A stretch of 64,000 bases of DNA from Lama glama (lineage: Eukaryota), in contig CM052816.1 of assembly GCA_028534125.1 (NCBI GenBank), positions 2,668,001 to 2,732,000 of the forward strand, read 5' to 3'. This document shows, piece after piece, positions 25,601-36,520 of the stretch. The first letter of the stretch is position 1, and the number at the start of each line of letters is the position of its first letter. The translations under genes and the position numbers were made by a program. Below the pieces are notes generated by a model. The model worked only from the letters and a program-made list of their open reading frames with translations. It was not told the DNA's origin and did no database searches.

Positions 25601-26309
25601 TGTAGCTTTAGGCGCTTATATCATAATGGCTCTTTTTCATTTTGCTTTTTCTTTTTTTTTTTTTAACCTCTTATTCATTCCCTTTTTTCCCAGCCCACAC
25701 TGGTAAAAGGAAAAAATTAAGGAAGGAGAAGAATTTTTTTCTAGGAATGGAGAAAGCAGGGAAAATGGATACGCAAGAGAGGGCCCAAATACATCCCCTG
25801 AGACAATCTTCCCTTCATCCCTAGAACACACAATACTGCAGATGCAATTAGGAGATCTGTATGAACTCAGATAGGGTTATTTGACTCTCCCGTTCTTTAA
25901 TTCGCCTCAAAGGGTTAAGCAACGCTTCTTACAGAACAGCACATCCCACCTGTGAGCTGGGTACCGGACTCACCTCCCTTCTCATGCTGGCTCCTGATTC
26001 AGTCAGTTACAGCCCCAGCTCGAGCTGCACGGGGCAGATGGTGCCAGATGGTTAACTTGTGACAAGTTCTGCCATCGAACTGCAGAGCTGTTGCCAAACC
26101 ATCCTCCTCGGAGCTCTAAGAGTTACTCAAAGATGTCTCAGGTGTCCCCGAGGGATGGGGCAGACGTCATCCAGACCAGCTCTGCTTTTATCTACTTCGC
26201 ACCTTCAATTTCTGAACCAAGTTTGTTTCTAAGGATTTATCAGCAGTAACAGAGGGAAGTACGAAATCACAAGACAGAAAAAAGCAGCTTTAGAAAGAGC
26301 CCTTGGCTG

Positions 26310-26560
26310 ACAGTTAAGGAAACTGGGTCCTGGTTCTCCCCTTGCCATGGCCAGGAGCAAATCATTTGATTCCTGCGACTCAGTTTACTTGTCTGCAAAA
26401 TGAGACGTTTTTGTGTTAAAATTGGTTAATTCCTTGTGACAAATGTATTCCACTAATGCCAGTAACAGGGGAAACAGTGGCGACTATATAGGAACTCTGT
26501 GTAATTCTTGCAACTTCTCCATAAATCTAAAACCATTAAAAGCTCTAAAAAAATTTTTTA
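26310..26560 (+). mobile_element. MIR fragment (~26310-26410) followed by an L1MC-type 3'-end fragment (~26420-26560)
   Basis: ctcagtttacttgtctgcaaaatgag, then ttgtgacaaatgtattccactaatgc...ggaactctgtgtaattcttgcaacttctccataaatctaaaac. Confidence 0.65.
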
Positions 26561-28119
26561 AGTCTAAAAATTCAATACCTAAGATCTGTTTCAGCTTTTA
26601 AAAACTGCATTTGACACTATCAATCCTTTAAAGAAAGCTACCTTAGTAATTATCTTTTACTGACTTTGAACTATACCTAGAAATCGAGAGAAAAACTAAT
26701 TTCTGAAACTGGTTCAGATACTGATTTATCTTATGCAGTTAAGTTCCTCTGGATTCTCCAGGTATCACCTACGTTGTGTATCTTTTGTTATGGAACCTCA
26801 GGTTTCCTCAACCACCCTTACTTCCTCGGTCCTCTTTTCCACCACTAGTCTTTGAGCTCTCTTCCCAGTTTCAATTCCTCTGCTACTATGTATAAAAGTA
26901 AGTGCATTTTATATACACCTACTATACTGTTTCACAATATGAGCCACCATTATATACAGGGAGATGATACGGAAACAGACACAGGTATAAACCTAGAAAA
27001 GAGGCACAGATACAGAGATGGATATATGTAAATAAATAAACATATGTATATTTATCTTTAGTTTTACTGTCCTAATGTTGTAACCCCTTAAAGTCCTACA
27101 GGTACCAAAATGAAGCAGTCAGTTGAAGACTTGACTAAGTTTAGAAAGGGAAGCATCAGTTATCAAAAATAAACGTTTCTGTATCAAATGTCAGCCTTAG
27201 GGTTTCACCATCTCCTTTGTTATTTCCAAATCTCTCAGTAGTGTATGACTGTGTCTTGCTGGTTCCTAACTCTCTGTTTAAGAAGTTCTTATTAAAAAAT
27301 ACTGATATTAATCCACAAATTTAACCTATATTGTGGTTTTAAGAGCACAGGATGAAAGGGGGGGTGTTGCTGGCCCCAGTGCTTCATTTCACTGAATGAA
27401 ATGGGCAAATGTTTGCTCCTCAGCAGAGCCTCCTCCTCCCCTTCCTGACCCAAAATGCCTTAAGGATAGTTAAGGACAATGCACAGGCTTCTAAAATCCC
27501 CCCAACACAATCAATTGTGTGGGGCATGGGCCAATCAATAAATTGGGTGTTTGGAACCAAATTGCACAGTTATCGCTGACTAGAGGGGCCCTAATGAAAT
27601 CGGAGCTACTTGACCTGCTTACTTGAAAGGCCTTTAGGAAAAAGAAAATCCATTAATCAATTTGTTTCTTGAGGCAACTTAGCAACAGGGAGTCCAGTGG
27701 TAGATTGGTTGCTTTTGCTAATAAGCAAGTTGAATTGAATAGTTAGTTGCATCAAGTTAATTTAACTTTTAGGTGATTGATTTTCATTAGGAAGATTCAA
27801 TGAAACCTTCCTACCTGTATCTGAAAAAGATACAGATATCATTTTCCCTTTGGAGACATGCTATATTTCACAACTGTCCCAGCAGAGTATCTCTAGAAGC
27901 CCATGACAACATGAGAAAATTGGTGAACTTCTGTCTGGCTCAGAACTCAGAACTCGCCATTGTTAGGAAACCAGGACAGAATGATTTCCAAGCCGCATAC
28001 TTCCAAGATCAATCCACAACTTTTTTTTTAAAAAAAAATCATATTCACTACAGAACTTTCTCATTTTATCTTCCATAAATCCCCATCATCCAAGAATGTT
28101 TTCATTGAGTTTGCCTTGG

Positions 28120-28380
28120 TTTGTTTATTCATTCCCTTGTTCAACAAGTATTTATTGAACAATTACTACATCCAGGTCATACTAAGTGCTGGGGATACTT
28201 TGGTAAATTCAGGAGCCTTGTGGAGCTCACGTTGGACTGGGGAAGACAGATATTAAACAAATACATAAATACAGAATTGTCTTACATAATTACCATACAC
28301 AAGGGCGGTAAAAGCTATGATGGAAACTGAAAAAGAACGTAACAGAATAACAGGAGTGAGTCAGCTTAGATATGAGAGGG
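28120..28380 (-). mobile_element. LINE-2 3' end
   Basis: ttcaacaagtatttattgaacaattactacatccagg...agtgctggggatac...ccttgtggagctcacgttggactggggaagacaga. Confidence 0.75.
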
Positions 28381-28384
28381 AACA

Positions 28385-29210
28385 GTAAAAACTAATATTT
28401 ATTGAGTGCTACTCTAAATACTTCCTATATATTTTCTTATTTAAACCTAACAATCTTATGAAATAGCTACTGTAACAACCCACATTTTTTTATTGAAGTA
28501 TAGTTGATTTACAAGGTTGTGTCAATTTTTGGTGGATAGCATAGAGATTCGTTTATACATGCACACACACCCACATTTTAAATATATATATATACACACA
28601 CACATATATGTACATCCCTTTTCATACTCTTTTTCATCATAGGCCATTATGAGGTTTTGAATATAGTTCCCTGTGCTCTACGGTAGGACATTGTTGTTTA
28701 TCTATTTTATATATAGTAGTTAGTATCTACAAATCTCAAACTCCTAGTTTATCCCTCCCCACCCCTTTTTCCCCTCCCTGGTAATCATAAATTTGTCTTC
28801 TATGTCTGTGAGTCTTTCTCTGTTTTGTAAATAAGCTCATTTACGTATTTTTTTTTAGATTCCACACATAAGTGATATCATATGGTATTTGTCTTTCTCT
28901 TTCTGACTTAGTTCACTTAGTATGACAATCTCTAGGTCCGTCCATGTTGCTGCAGATGTCATTATTTTATTCTTTTTTATGGCCAAGTAGTATTCCATTG
29001 TATAAATACACTACATCTTCTTTATCCAGTCATCTGTCAATGGACATTTAGGTTCGTTCTGTGTCTTCAACCCTCATTTTTTTTAATGAGGAAACAGATT
29101 AACAGAGAGGTTAAGGCATTTGCCCAAGGTCACATTGCTAGTAATTAGCAGATTCAAATTTTGATCCTGGCAGGCCTGCTCCAGAGTCCTTTGCCACTGC
29201 ACCATCCTGC
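28385..29210 (-). mobile_element. MIR split by an L1 insertion
   Basis: taatatttattgagtgctact...ttatttaaacctaacaatcttatgaaatag on the left; atgaggaaacagatt...gagaggttaaggcatttgcccaaggtcaca...gcctgctccagagtc on the right. Confidence 0.8.
28489..29067 (-). mobile_element. Young 5'-truncated L1 3' fragment with target-site duplication
   Basis: Reverse complement of the 3'UTR seen at 3800-4427 (ttattgaagtatagttgatttacaa...ttagattccacacataagtgatatcatatggtatttgtc). Flanked by caacccAcatttt (28476-28488) and caacccTcatttt (29068-29080). Confidence 0.92.
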
Positions 29211-29639
29211 CTCCCTAGAGAAAAGCCTTTTATGTTGATGCCTGAGAGCCTGCAAAAAGACCCCATTAAAGGAGCAGGGGCAGAGCCCTCACTGAAACTG
29301 GAAGAGAGTGCAGGAAGACCCAGAGGCAACGGAGCAGCTGGCCTTCAAGGAGGTGGGCAGAGTGGTAGCATCACCAGTAAGAGATGAATTTTATTTTCTG
29401 TATGCACATAAAACATATGCATAAACATTATTAATGTTTTTAAACATTTTTAATATTTTTAAACTACATCCATGAGCCTCAAACCAGAGATTCTGAAACA
29501 CCCCAGTTGAAAGCTGTCATAAATGGACTCATTAAAACAATGGTAGGATACTACTGGACTCCAACTATTACCAGTATCTGAAGAGCTTCTCTCTGTGTTC
29601 AAGGGCAGAGTGAGCCCTTTAACCATTTTATTTTGTTCT

Positions 29640-29802
29640 GTAAGCCTGCTTAATATCTATTCATGACCCTGAACTAGAACTTCTTTAGGGCAAGTTACCG
29701 TCATTCACCTCTGTGGCCTCAGTCACAAGCACAGTGTATGGGGGGGGAAAAAAAAGGGAGGTGCTCATTAGAGGAATACATGACTAGTGAGTATGAATGA
29801 AT
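29640..29802 (+). mobile_element. LINE-2 3' end
   Basis: actagaacttctttaggggcaag...cattcacctctgtggcctcagtcacaagcacagtg...gaatgaatga. Confidence 0.55.
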
Positions 29803-30129
29803 GATAGGGCTTTGTATACAGCATGCCGTCAGGGAATGTCTGAGATTAGAGAAGGGACTGTCTGTACCTCAATGACGGGGGAAACAGAATATTACTGCGC
29901 TTGGGGGTGGTCAGGGCACAGAGTCACTGACCAGAGTGGGGTCTGGTGTGGGATCATTCAAAAGTCCAATCCCCACACCTCACTGTGGGCTGGAATCATC
30001 AGGGCACCCGCCTTGGTTCTCAGTACCCCTCTGCCCAGAGAGAAGTGTGTTTATGAGCCTGTTCAGCGGCTGGGAGTTCCAGTGGGAGATGACTTCAGAA
30101 GTGTGATATTTAAGAGCAGGAGGAAGGAA

Positions 30130-30980
30130 CGGCCCCATAAGGACGCTGGGCCTCTATTTATTTCACTCCGTATGCCAGGCTCCGAGCCTTGTCGGCTGAG
30201 TCCCATTTGTCTTACTCCTGTGGAATATTTCAGATTTACAGTGCCATCTGTTGAGGAGCACAGGCCCGGGACGTCACGGCTCAGCCTGCAGCCCTTCTGC
30301 CGCCCAAGGCGGGGAGGCGGCCCCGCAGCACAGCGGCTGGTGCCAGGCTCGTGACTCTCCTGCCCGTGCCAGGTGGAGTGATGGATTAGGGCCCCCACCG
30401 GGCCCCCTCCTCTTATCTCTACATCTGGATTGGCGGTGTAAACGCAATTTCTGGTCCTCCTCACTCGGCAATGTGCGTGCATGCATACTTTCTTCCTCTC
30501 TCTCGTTGCTGAGAACGCTCTCCTGGCTTGGATCTGGGCTCCCTGGCCTTTCCTCTTCCACACTGTGCATTAACTCCTCTCTGTTCTGGCATTTTCGGAA
30601 ACTGCCTTTGCCAGGGCAGTAGGGGGTGGCTGCTGAACTCTGCGACTCTGACTAAGGAATAGACTGTCACAAAATGACTAGGTATCATTCAGGCGTCAAA
30701 GGGGAAAATGCTTCCACCACTTGGATGCCGTTTTGGAAGATTCGCGGGTCTAAGCATTTGTCCCATTTCACCCAGGAAAGCATCCTGGTTTTCAAAGCGA
30801 AAACTATCTGCCTGAAATTGACACATAAAAATGCACCCCAGCTTCTTTTCCACAGCAGGCGCCACTGCAATCAGCAGGCCGTGAGCGTGCCCTGGAATTT
30901 GCAGTCGGGCCATCCTCCAGCATCCCGTCTCGGAGCAGTAACAGCGACGGCGAAGCGCAGGATTGATGGGCAAGAACCTG
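30130..30980. promoter_or_regulatory. CpG-enriched, repeat-free candidate cis-regulatory element
   Basis: Visibly raised GC and CpG relative to flanks; CTCF-like motif 30241-30254, CRE-like gacgtca 30270-30276, GC-box-like 30308-30320, inverted CCAAT 30429-30433. Confidence 0.45.
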
Positions 30981-31469
30981 CTCTGTCATTCAACCTGCAT
31001 CACCTCCAGCCTGAACAGCACATTCATCTTTCCACAGTCCTAATCGGATCCTATAATAACCCTGGGAAACACACAGAGGGGGTCCCGTCACTCCTATTCC
31101 CATTTGGCTGATGAGAGTCAAGAAGGAGACATGATAAGCCCAAGGTCACACATGTTGGGCGTGGTTTTTCTTTTTTTTTTCTTTTAATGGCAACATTTTC
31201 CAATTTATAATCCAGTGTTCTTCCCTCAGTATCAGATTTTCACTCCACATGTTCCAACCATAAAATAATCCTGCTTACTTAGGTACTACCCAATATATAA
31301 CCAAATGTTTCACTTTCAGTTTGCCTTTCGTGGTGGCGGCAGGGGGTCTCAGAGCCTCCATTCATTTTAGATCTTTTAGTTGTTCACATATAACCAGGTT
31401 ACAATCATGTGAGCATAGGCCAGTCCAGGTTGCCTTAAATTATGTAAAAGCTGTGTGCTCAGCAGTGAC

Positions 31470-31700
31470 AGTTGTGTTCAGTACGTGTTAACCCTGTGCC
31501 AAGAACGCTGCTGCCTTCACATGTTTGAATCTCACCGTGACTCTACATGGTGAGTATTAACTACAGTTTTGACCATTTTACAGATAAGAAAACTGAGGCA
31601 AGGAGTGGTTAGGTAGCTTGCATATACAATCACAGTTAGTTTGTACCTGAGGTAGGATCTGAACTCCTAATTGCAGAAACCATGCTCCCAATCACTTCCA
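31470..31700 (-). mobile_element. MIR SINE
   Basis: ccattttacagataagaaaactgaggcaaggagtggttaggtagcttgc...tcacagttagt...gaggtaggatctgaactcc. Confidence 0.8.
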
Positions 31701-32979
31701 CTACAAATTAGATTGTCAGTGGGACAAAGGGAAATCGAAGAAGCAGATATTCAGACAACAAAAGAAAACAAACTGTCAAGAACTCCTACATTACAGTCTC
31801 TGTCCATGAACTAAATAAAATAGTTTTTTCCATTCTTTAAAACAGGCCTTGAGGAATTTTATCTGATATCACTTAAACCAGAGAGTGCTATTCAAGAAAT
31901 TCCATGTTAGAACCAGTGAGAAATATTTGTGGGTTTTTTTTTCCCTAATCAGACTAGTATTTCTGAATTACTGTCTCCCTTACTCTGTACTCAGACTCTC
32001 ACCATACTGTCACCCTGCCCGTCATCCACTATCTTATATATTGTCTAGCAGCCATGTATTAACAGACAGTCCTCATCACACAGCCTGTTTCCAGGACACC
32101 TCAGCCCCCTCTCCATTTGCATGTTCAAGATTATAACTTCGTTTATCGGCACAAACAAAACATCATGTGCTAAAAAAGCCATGACAGTGATTAAAAGCCA
32201 GTGGACTGGAAAAAGCAAATATGGCATTACACGTTGCTCACTTCCACAAAAACAAATAAAGTTTTTAAATGTAACAAAGTCAGCAATTTCTTTCAGTAAC
32301 AGCAGAGATTTTTCTCTCCTCTTTCTTAGCCCAACAGACCCAACTCCATGAAATCCCAGCTCTGAGACACGCAGCTGTGTCTGAGAACAGCAGAGCCGTG
32401 GTGTAAGGAAGACATTAAGAAGGCTACTAACCTCAGCTCGACAGAAAACCATCCTAACGGGTCACTGAAAAATGCAAATAAACTAATCATTAGCCTAATT
32501 TTGGGAAAAGAAATGATTCCAAGGAGAGATGGCCCATTGGGGTATTTACAGTGCTTCCACGATAAGGAAGATAAAATATCCTTCTAAAATGAATGAAGAA
32601 AGAAAACAGTGCCAACCAATTCTTAGGAGCCTGAATTCCAAACACAACATAGATTTGTGGCCCCACCCAGGAGGCCCAACTTCCCAATTATCAAGAAAAA
32701 GGGGATTGGAGAGATTTACCATTAAGCAAAGTGACTCAAAATCCAATTTTGATGACTTGAATGTAAATGCATGAGCAAGCTGTGGATTAAATTTCTTTCA
32801 CATATAACCTAGGTTTAGAAATGCTAGAAAAGGGAGAGTAAAGGGAAAAAAATGTATCTTAACATTTCCTTCTCCCAAAATGTTTGAGTAAAAAGTGCCT
32901 ATATATTTAAAAAGCAAAAACACATAGCCAAAAACTTACCAACCCCAAACAGAGTTTGTTCCTGCAAATGCCTGAAAGC

Positions 32980-33103
32980 TAAAGAGAGAAGCTTGAGAAG
33001 GGAAAGGAGGAAAAGAAAGAGAAGAGGAGGGAAGGAGGGGAGGGAGGGAAGGAGGGGAGGGAGGGAGGGAAGGAGGAAGGAAGGAAAAGAGAGAAGGAAA
33101 GAA
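32980..33103. repeat. Polypurine (GGAG/GGAA-rich) low-complexity tract
   Basis: About 120 nt that are almost entirely A/G on the + strand. Confidence 0.9.
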
Positions 33104-34139
33104 ATTTTGAGCTTCCCTGAAATCCTACCTTGCATTTTGAGAGCAAAGCATTCTTGACACAGTGTATTGTTTTTCTCTGTCATCACCACAGATCTGTATT
33201 TCAAGCTAGGGACCAGCATATTGTTTCCATTGAGTGGGATTAGCAAAATTTGTTTCCAGGAAAACTTTTAAAACTAGCCCCGAGTTTAAGTCTCCATTGG
33301 TTAGGTCATAAAGAGCAGCAATCAATTCCAAAGTCTGATGGCTGCTCGTGGTGTCATTTGCTGCTTCACATCTGTTTAACTCGGAAGTGACATTCCCAGC
33401 TGAGTGTGTTTTCAGCAAGTTCCCCATGAAATTACTTCAGTTTTATGTGTAGATCATTGTGTACATTTCATGAATTCATATAGACCTAAAATAAACAGAC
33501 ACTTTCAAGAAGTTTCCAATCTGATATTTTCCCAAATATAGAAGAAAAACAAATGGGGGGGTGGAGTGGGGAGAAGAGAAATGACTGAACATCGTGTCTT
33601 TGAAGAAAACACGGCAAAAAGGAGAAAGGATTATTTTCAGCTATAAAAGTTCTGGACAGATTCTCTTTACAGATCATTACAGCATAAAGTATTATTGTTC
33701 TTTTTACAGAGACTGCCTCATTTTACTCTCTCCTGTGGATGGCTTGGCTGTTCCATTCCAGAAGCCCTCGGCCCCACAGCTCCCCTGGCCAGCCAGGGCG
33801 GATGCTGCAATTCTTTGTTGTCTTCCTATGGACAGAGGTAGGACTCTCAGCCTTTCAACAACAGACAGGAGGCTTGTATTCACTTACGGGCATTATCATT
33901 CTGCCCAACAATGAATTAATTCTTACCCCACCCCAGAGTCAAGCCTAGTGTGGTGCGAATTCCAGGTCAGAGGTAAAAGCAAACGTTTCTGAAGACACCA
34001 GAGAAGGGCGGGGGAGTTTAATCTCAGTCCTCCTGATTTAGAGTCCTGGGGTAAATGCCGCTGTAACAAGGCTCCAAACCAACAACAGGATGACATAAGC
34101 TCTTCCATTTCTAACCCACTTACCCACCAGAACCCAAAG

Positions 34140-34620
34140 CATCCTGAAGCTCATGATGTATAAATTTAATTTCTCTTTTATGGCCAGAGCTGTATTTTCC
34201 ATGATTTATAAATCATTTGGTCGGTGATTTCTTTGAAATCTTTGCCTCATTTATGCTCTTGACCTCTTGACCTCCTGATACATTTATTTATGCCAGAGAT
34301 CTCTCTGCAGTGGCGCAGTTTAATGTCATTTGCCCGAGACCGGGTGGCTGAGAGGCAAAGAAACAAAGACAAACGTTTAAGGAGGTTTGTGATGCCGAAG
34401 TGTGTGTTTAAAAAGAAGGATAAACAAAGGAAAATGTGAACACTTAAAACATATTATTCCTGCACTATTGATTTATTGCAGGAACCCTCTATTTATTGAA
34501 TACTTTATAGGTATCTGATTATATGGCAGTTGATGGGGCAATGAGTGAATACTGAACCCCACAGCAAAAATATTTGCTGTAAATGTCATGACATGCCTTG
34601 TCTATAATATGATTCTTTCC
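34140..34620. promoter_or_regulatory. Candidate developmental enhancer (DR2 nuclear-receptor element with HOX/PBX, MEIS and TCF-type motifs)
   Basis: ttttatggcc 34176-34185; palindrome atgatttataaatcat 34201-34216; ctttgaa 34231-34237; tgacct-ct-tgacct 34260-34273; tgatttattg 34469-34478; atgtcatgacat 34583-34594; no recognisable repeat. Confidence 0.5.
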
Positions 34621-36084
34621 AGATGGTTATTTTTCAAGTTTAAGAAATGGAAAAATATGCCTTAAGACAAGTATACATGAAAGTGATGTCTTTCTCCTTT
34701 GTCTCTTTTTGATTTTTGTTTATTAATACTCTGCTGTTTACCATGAAGCAATGTGCTAAAGAAATCTGGTCCGAGTGACATCTGATTAATTGGGCAGGGC
34801 ACTTCCCACATAGCTTTTTGCTGATAGCCCAGCTGTCCAAGGACCATTTCATTATAAGAGATGCAGAGGCAGGCAACAGTCACAAAACCACTGGGAAGCT
34901 GGGTCTGTTCTAACAGATTGGCACAATTTGTGTCACTGATGCTCAGAACCTACAGGGCTTGCATAGCCCAAAGCCAAGGACAGGCTCTGCCTCTAGGGAC
35001 AGACCACATTTCTTTATGCCACTTACTCATTATTGAGATGTTGGAAGAAAATGGCTCCTCTTCAACATTCTGATCCATTTACCTGATGCAGAATTCCTTA
35101 CTGGGGTTTTACATGGAGAGTGAGATTCACATGCAAGCACACACACAAACACATAAACAAATACTGTCTTACAGGCATATTCTAGAGGTAACATACAATA
35201 TTCTGTTAGCTGCTGCAGCGAAAGTTAACAACGCACTAATAATGTTGAGCAACTGTCTCATGTTTCAGAAGGCTAAGTGTTTTATTTAGCTCCTCTGACT
35301 GCTCTGCTTTCCCGAAAAAGTATGTCATTTGCACATTCAAATTACATAAATTCAACTACTGTGTATGAGCTTGGTGGGAAAAAATGAGAGGGAGAGAAAT
35401 AACAATGTAAACAGTGTGTGTGATTTTGCCCTCATTCCACTCAAAAGACACAGAGTATCACAGTGATTGTGAATCAGGCAACCTGAATAGGCGATTTCCT
35501 CCCCTGGCTTTGTTTCCCTCATGCCTCTCACATCATGAGCCTCTTGCCACACTGAGCCAGACTCAAGGATGAAGCTGACTACATCGTTTCTTCCCACCAC
35601 ATATGCTGATGCTACACATGAGTGCTTTAAAATGGGGTTAACTGCAGCCCATGCCACAGCTAGCAATCCTCTGTGAACAAGCAGGGTGAAAGGTACTCAG
35701 AAACATCAAATAATAAATCAAAGAGGAAAGCATCCAAAGGCAAAACAGAGGCACCAAAGAGGAATCAAGTTCGAGCAATCAGAAACACAAAGGTCAAAGT
35801 CAGTACATGACAAAATGTTAGCATTGGTTTTTGTAGTGATGGCTGTTTACTTCCTCATATATTTCTCTATTTCACAACTTGTCTGCAGTAAGCCTGGGTC
35901 AGTTTTATGATGAGAAGGAAACCAACTCTCACGACACTAACCATGAATATGAAAGTGCTAAAAAAGAGAGAGAGAGAGAGACTGGCATAATGCAGCCTGG
36001 ATCCAGAGAGTCCAAGGGCTGGGACCAGAACAGGCAGTGGGAAGCTCAGGTTCATTTTTCTCCTACTTCACGGTGTGAATCTGG

Positions 36085-36520
36085 CTCAGAACATAGAGTC
36101 TGGAGTCAGAGAGGCCTGAGGTCAAATTGTGACTCAGCCACCTTTAGCCTGTGATCTTGAACAAGTCCCTGGGCCTCTCTGGGAAATGGTGGGCTAGCAA
36201 ACCTTCAGCAACCAGCTCTGGCTACAGGGAATGTGATCTGTCGATTTGCCAATTTCCACAGATGCAGTACTCCCAGTGTGGTCAATTTCAAGCTATCAAT
36301 CTGTGGTCAACCAGATCACGAAATTCCTAACAATTTAACAAATGGCTCTCCCACGCTGGTATGAGACAGCCCAGTACACCACTGTCTCAGAGTCTCAGTT
36401 TCTTCCTCTATAGAATGGGGATGTTAAACCTAAGTCCCTATTCATAGGTATATTATGAGAGCTGAAAGATCAAATGCATGTAAAATGCTCAGCAGAATGT
36501 CAGGCTCAAGATGAGTGTTT
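36085..36520 (+). mobile_element. MIR split by MER63
   Basis: gtctggagtcagagaggcctgaggtcaaattgtgactcagccacc...tgtgatcttgaacaagtc on the left; tctcagtttcttcctctatagaatggggatg...aatgcatgtaaaatgctcagcag on the right. Confidence 0.8.
36184..36384 (-). mobile_element. MER63A-like hAT-Blackjack DNA transposon
   Basis: The reverse complement reads cagtggtgtactggg...gagagccatttgttaaattgttaggaatttcg...tagcttgaaattgaccacactgggagta...ggaaattggcaaa. Degenerate 8-bp TSD tctctggg/tctcagag. Confidence 0.8.

Noticed and set aside
28568..28582. cacccacattttaaa inside the L1, resembling its TSD
   Set aside because: Short match inside a (CA)/(TA) microsatellite-rich zone; probably coincidental.
29797..30622. 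Overlapping 185, 166 and 123 aa ORFs
   Set aside because: No recognisable domain, open on both strands, and explained by high GC lowering stop-codon frequency.
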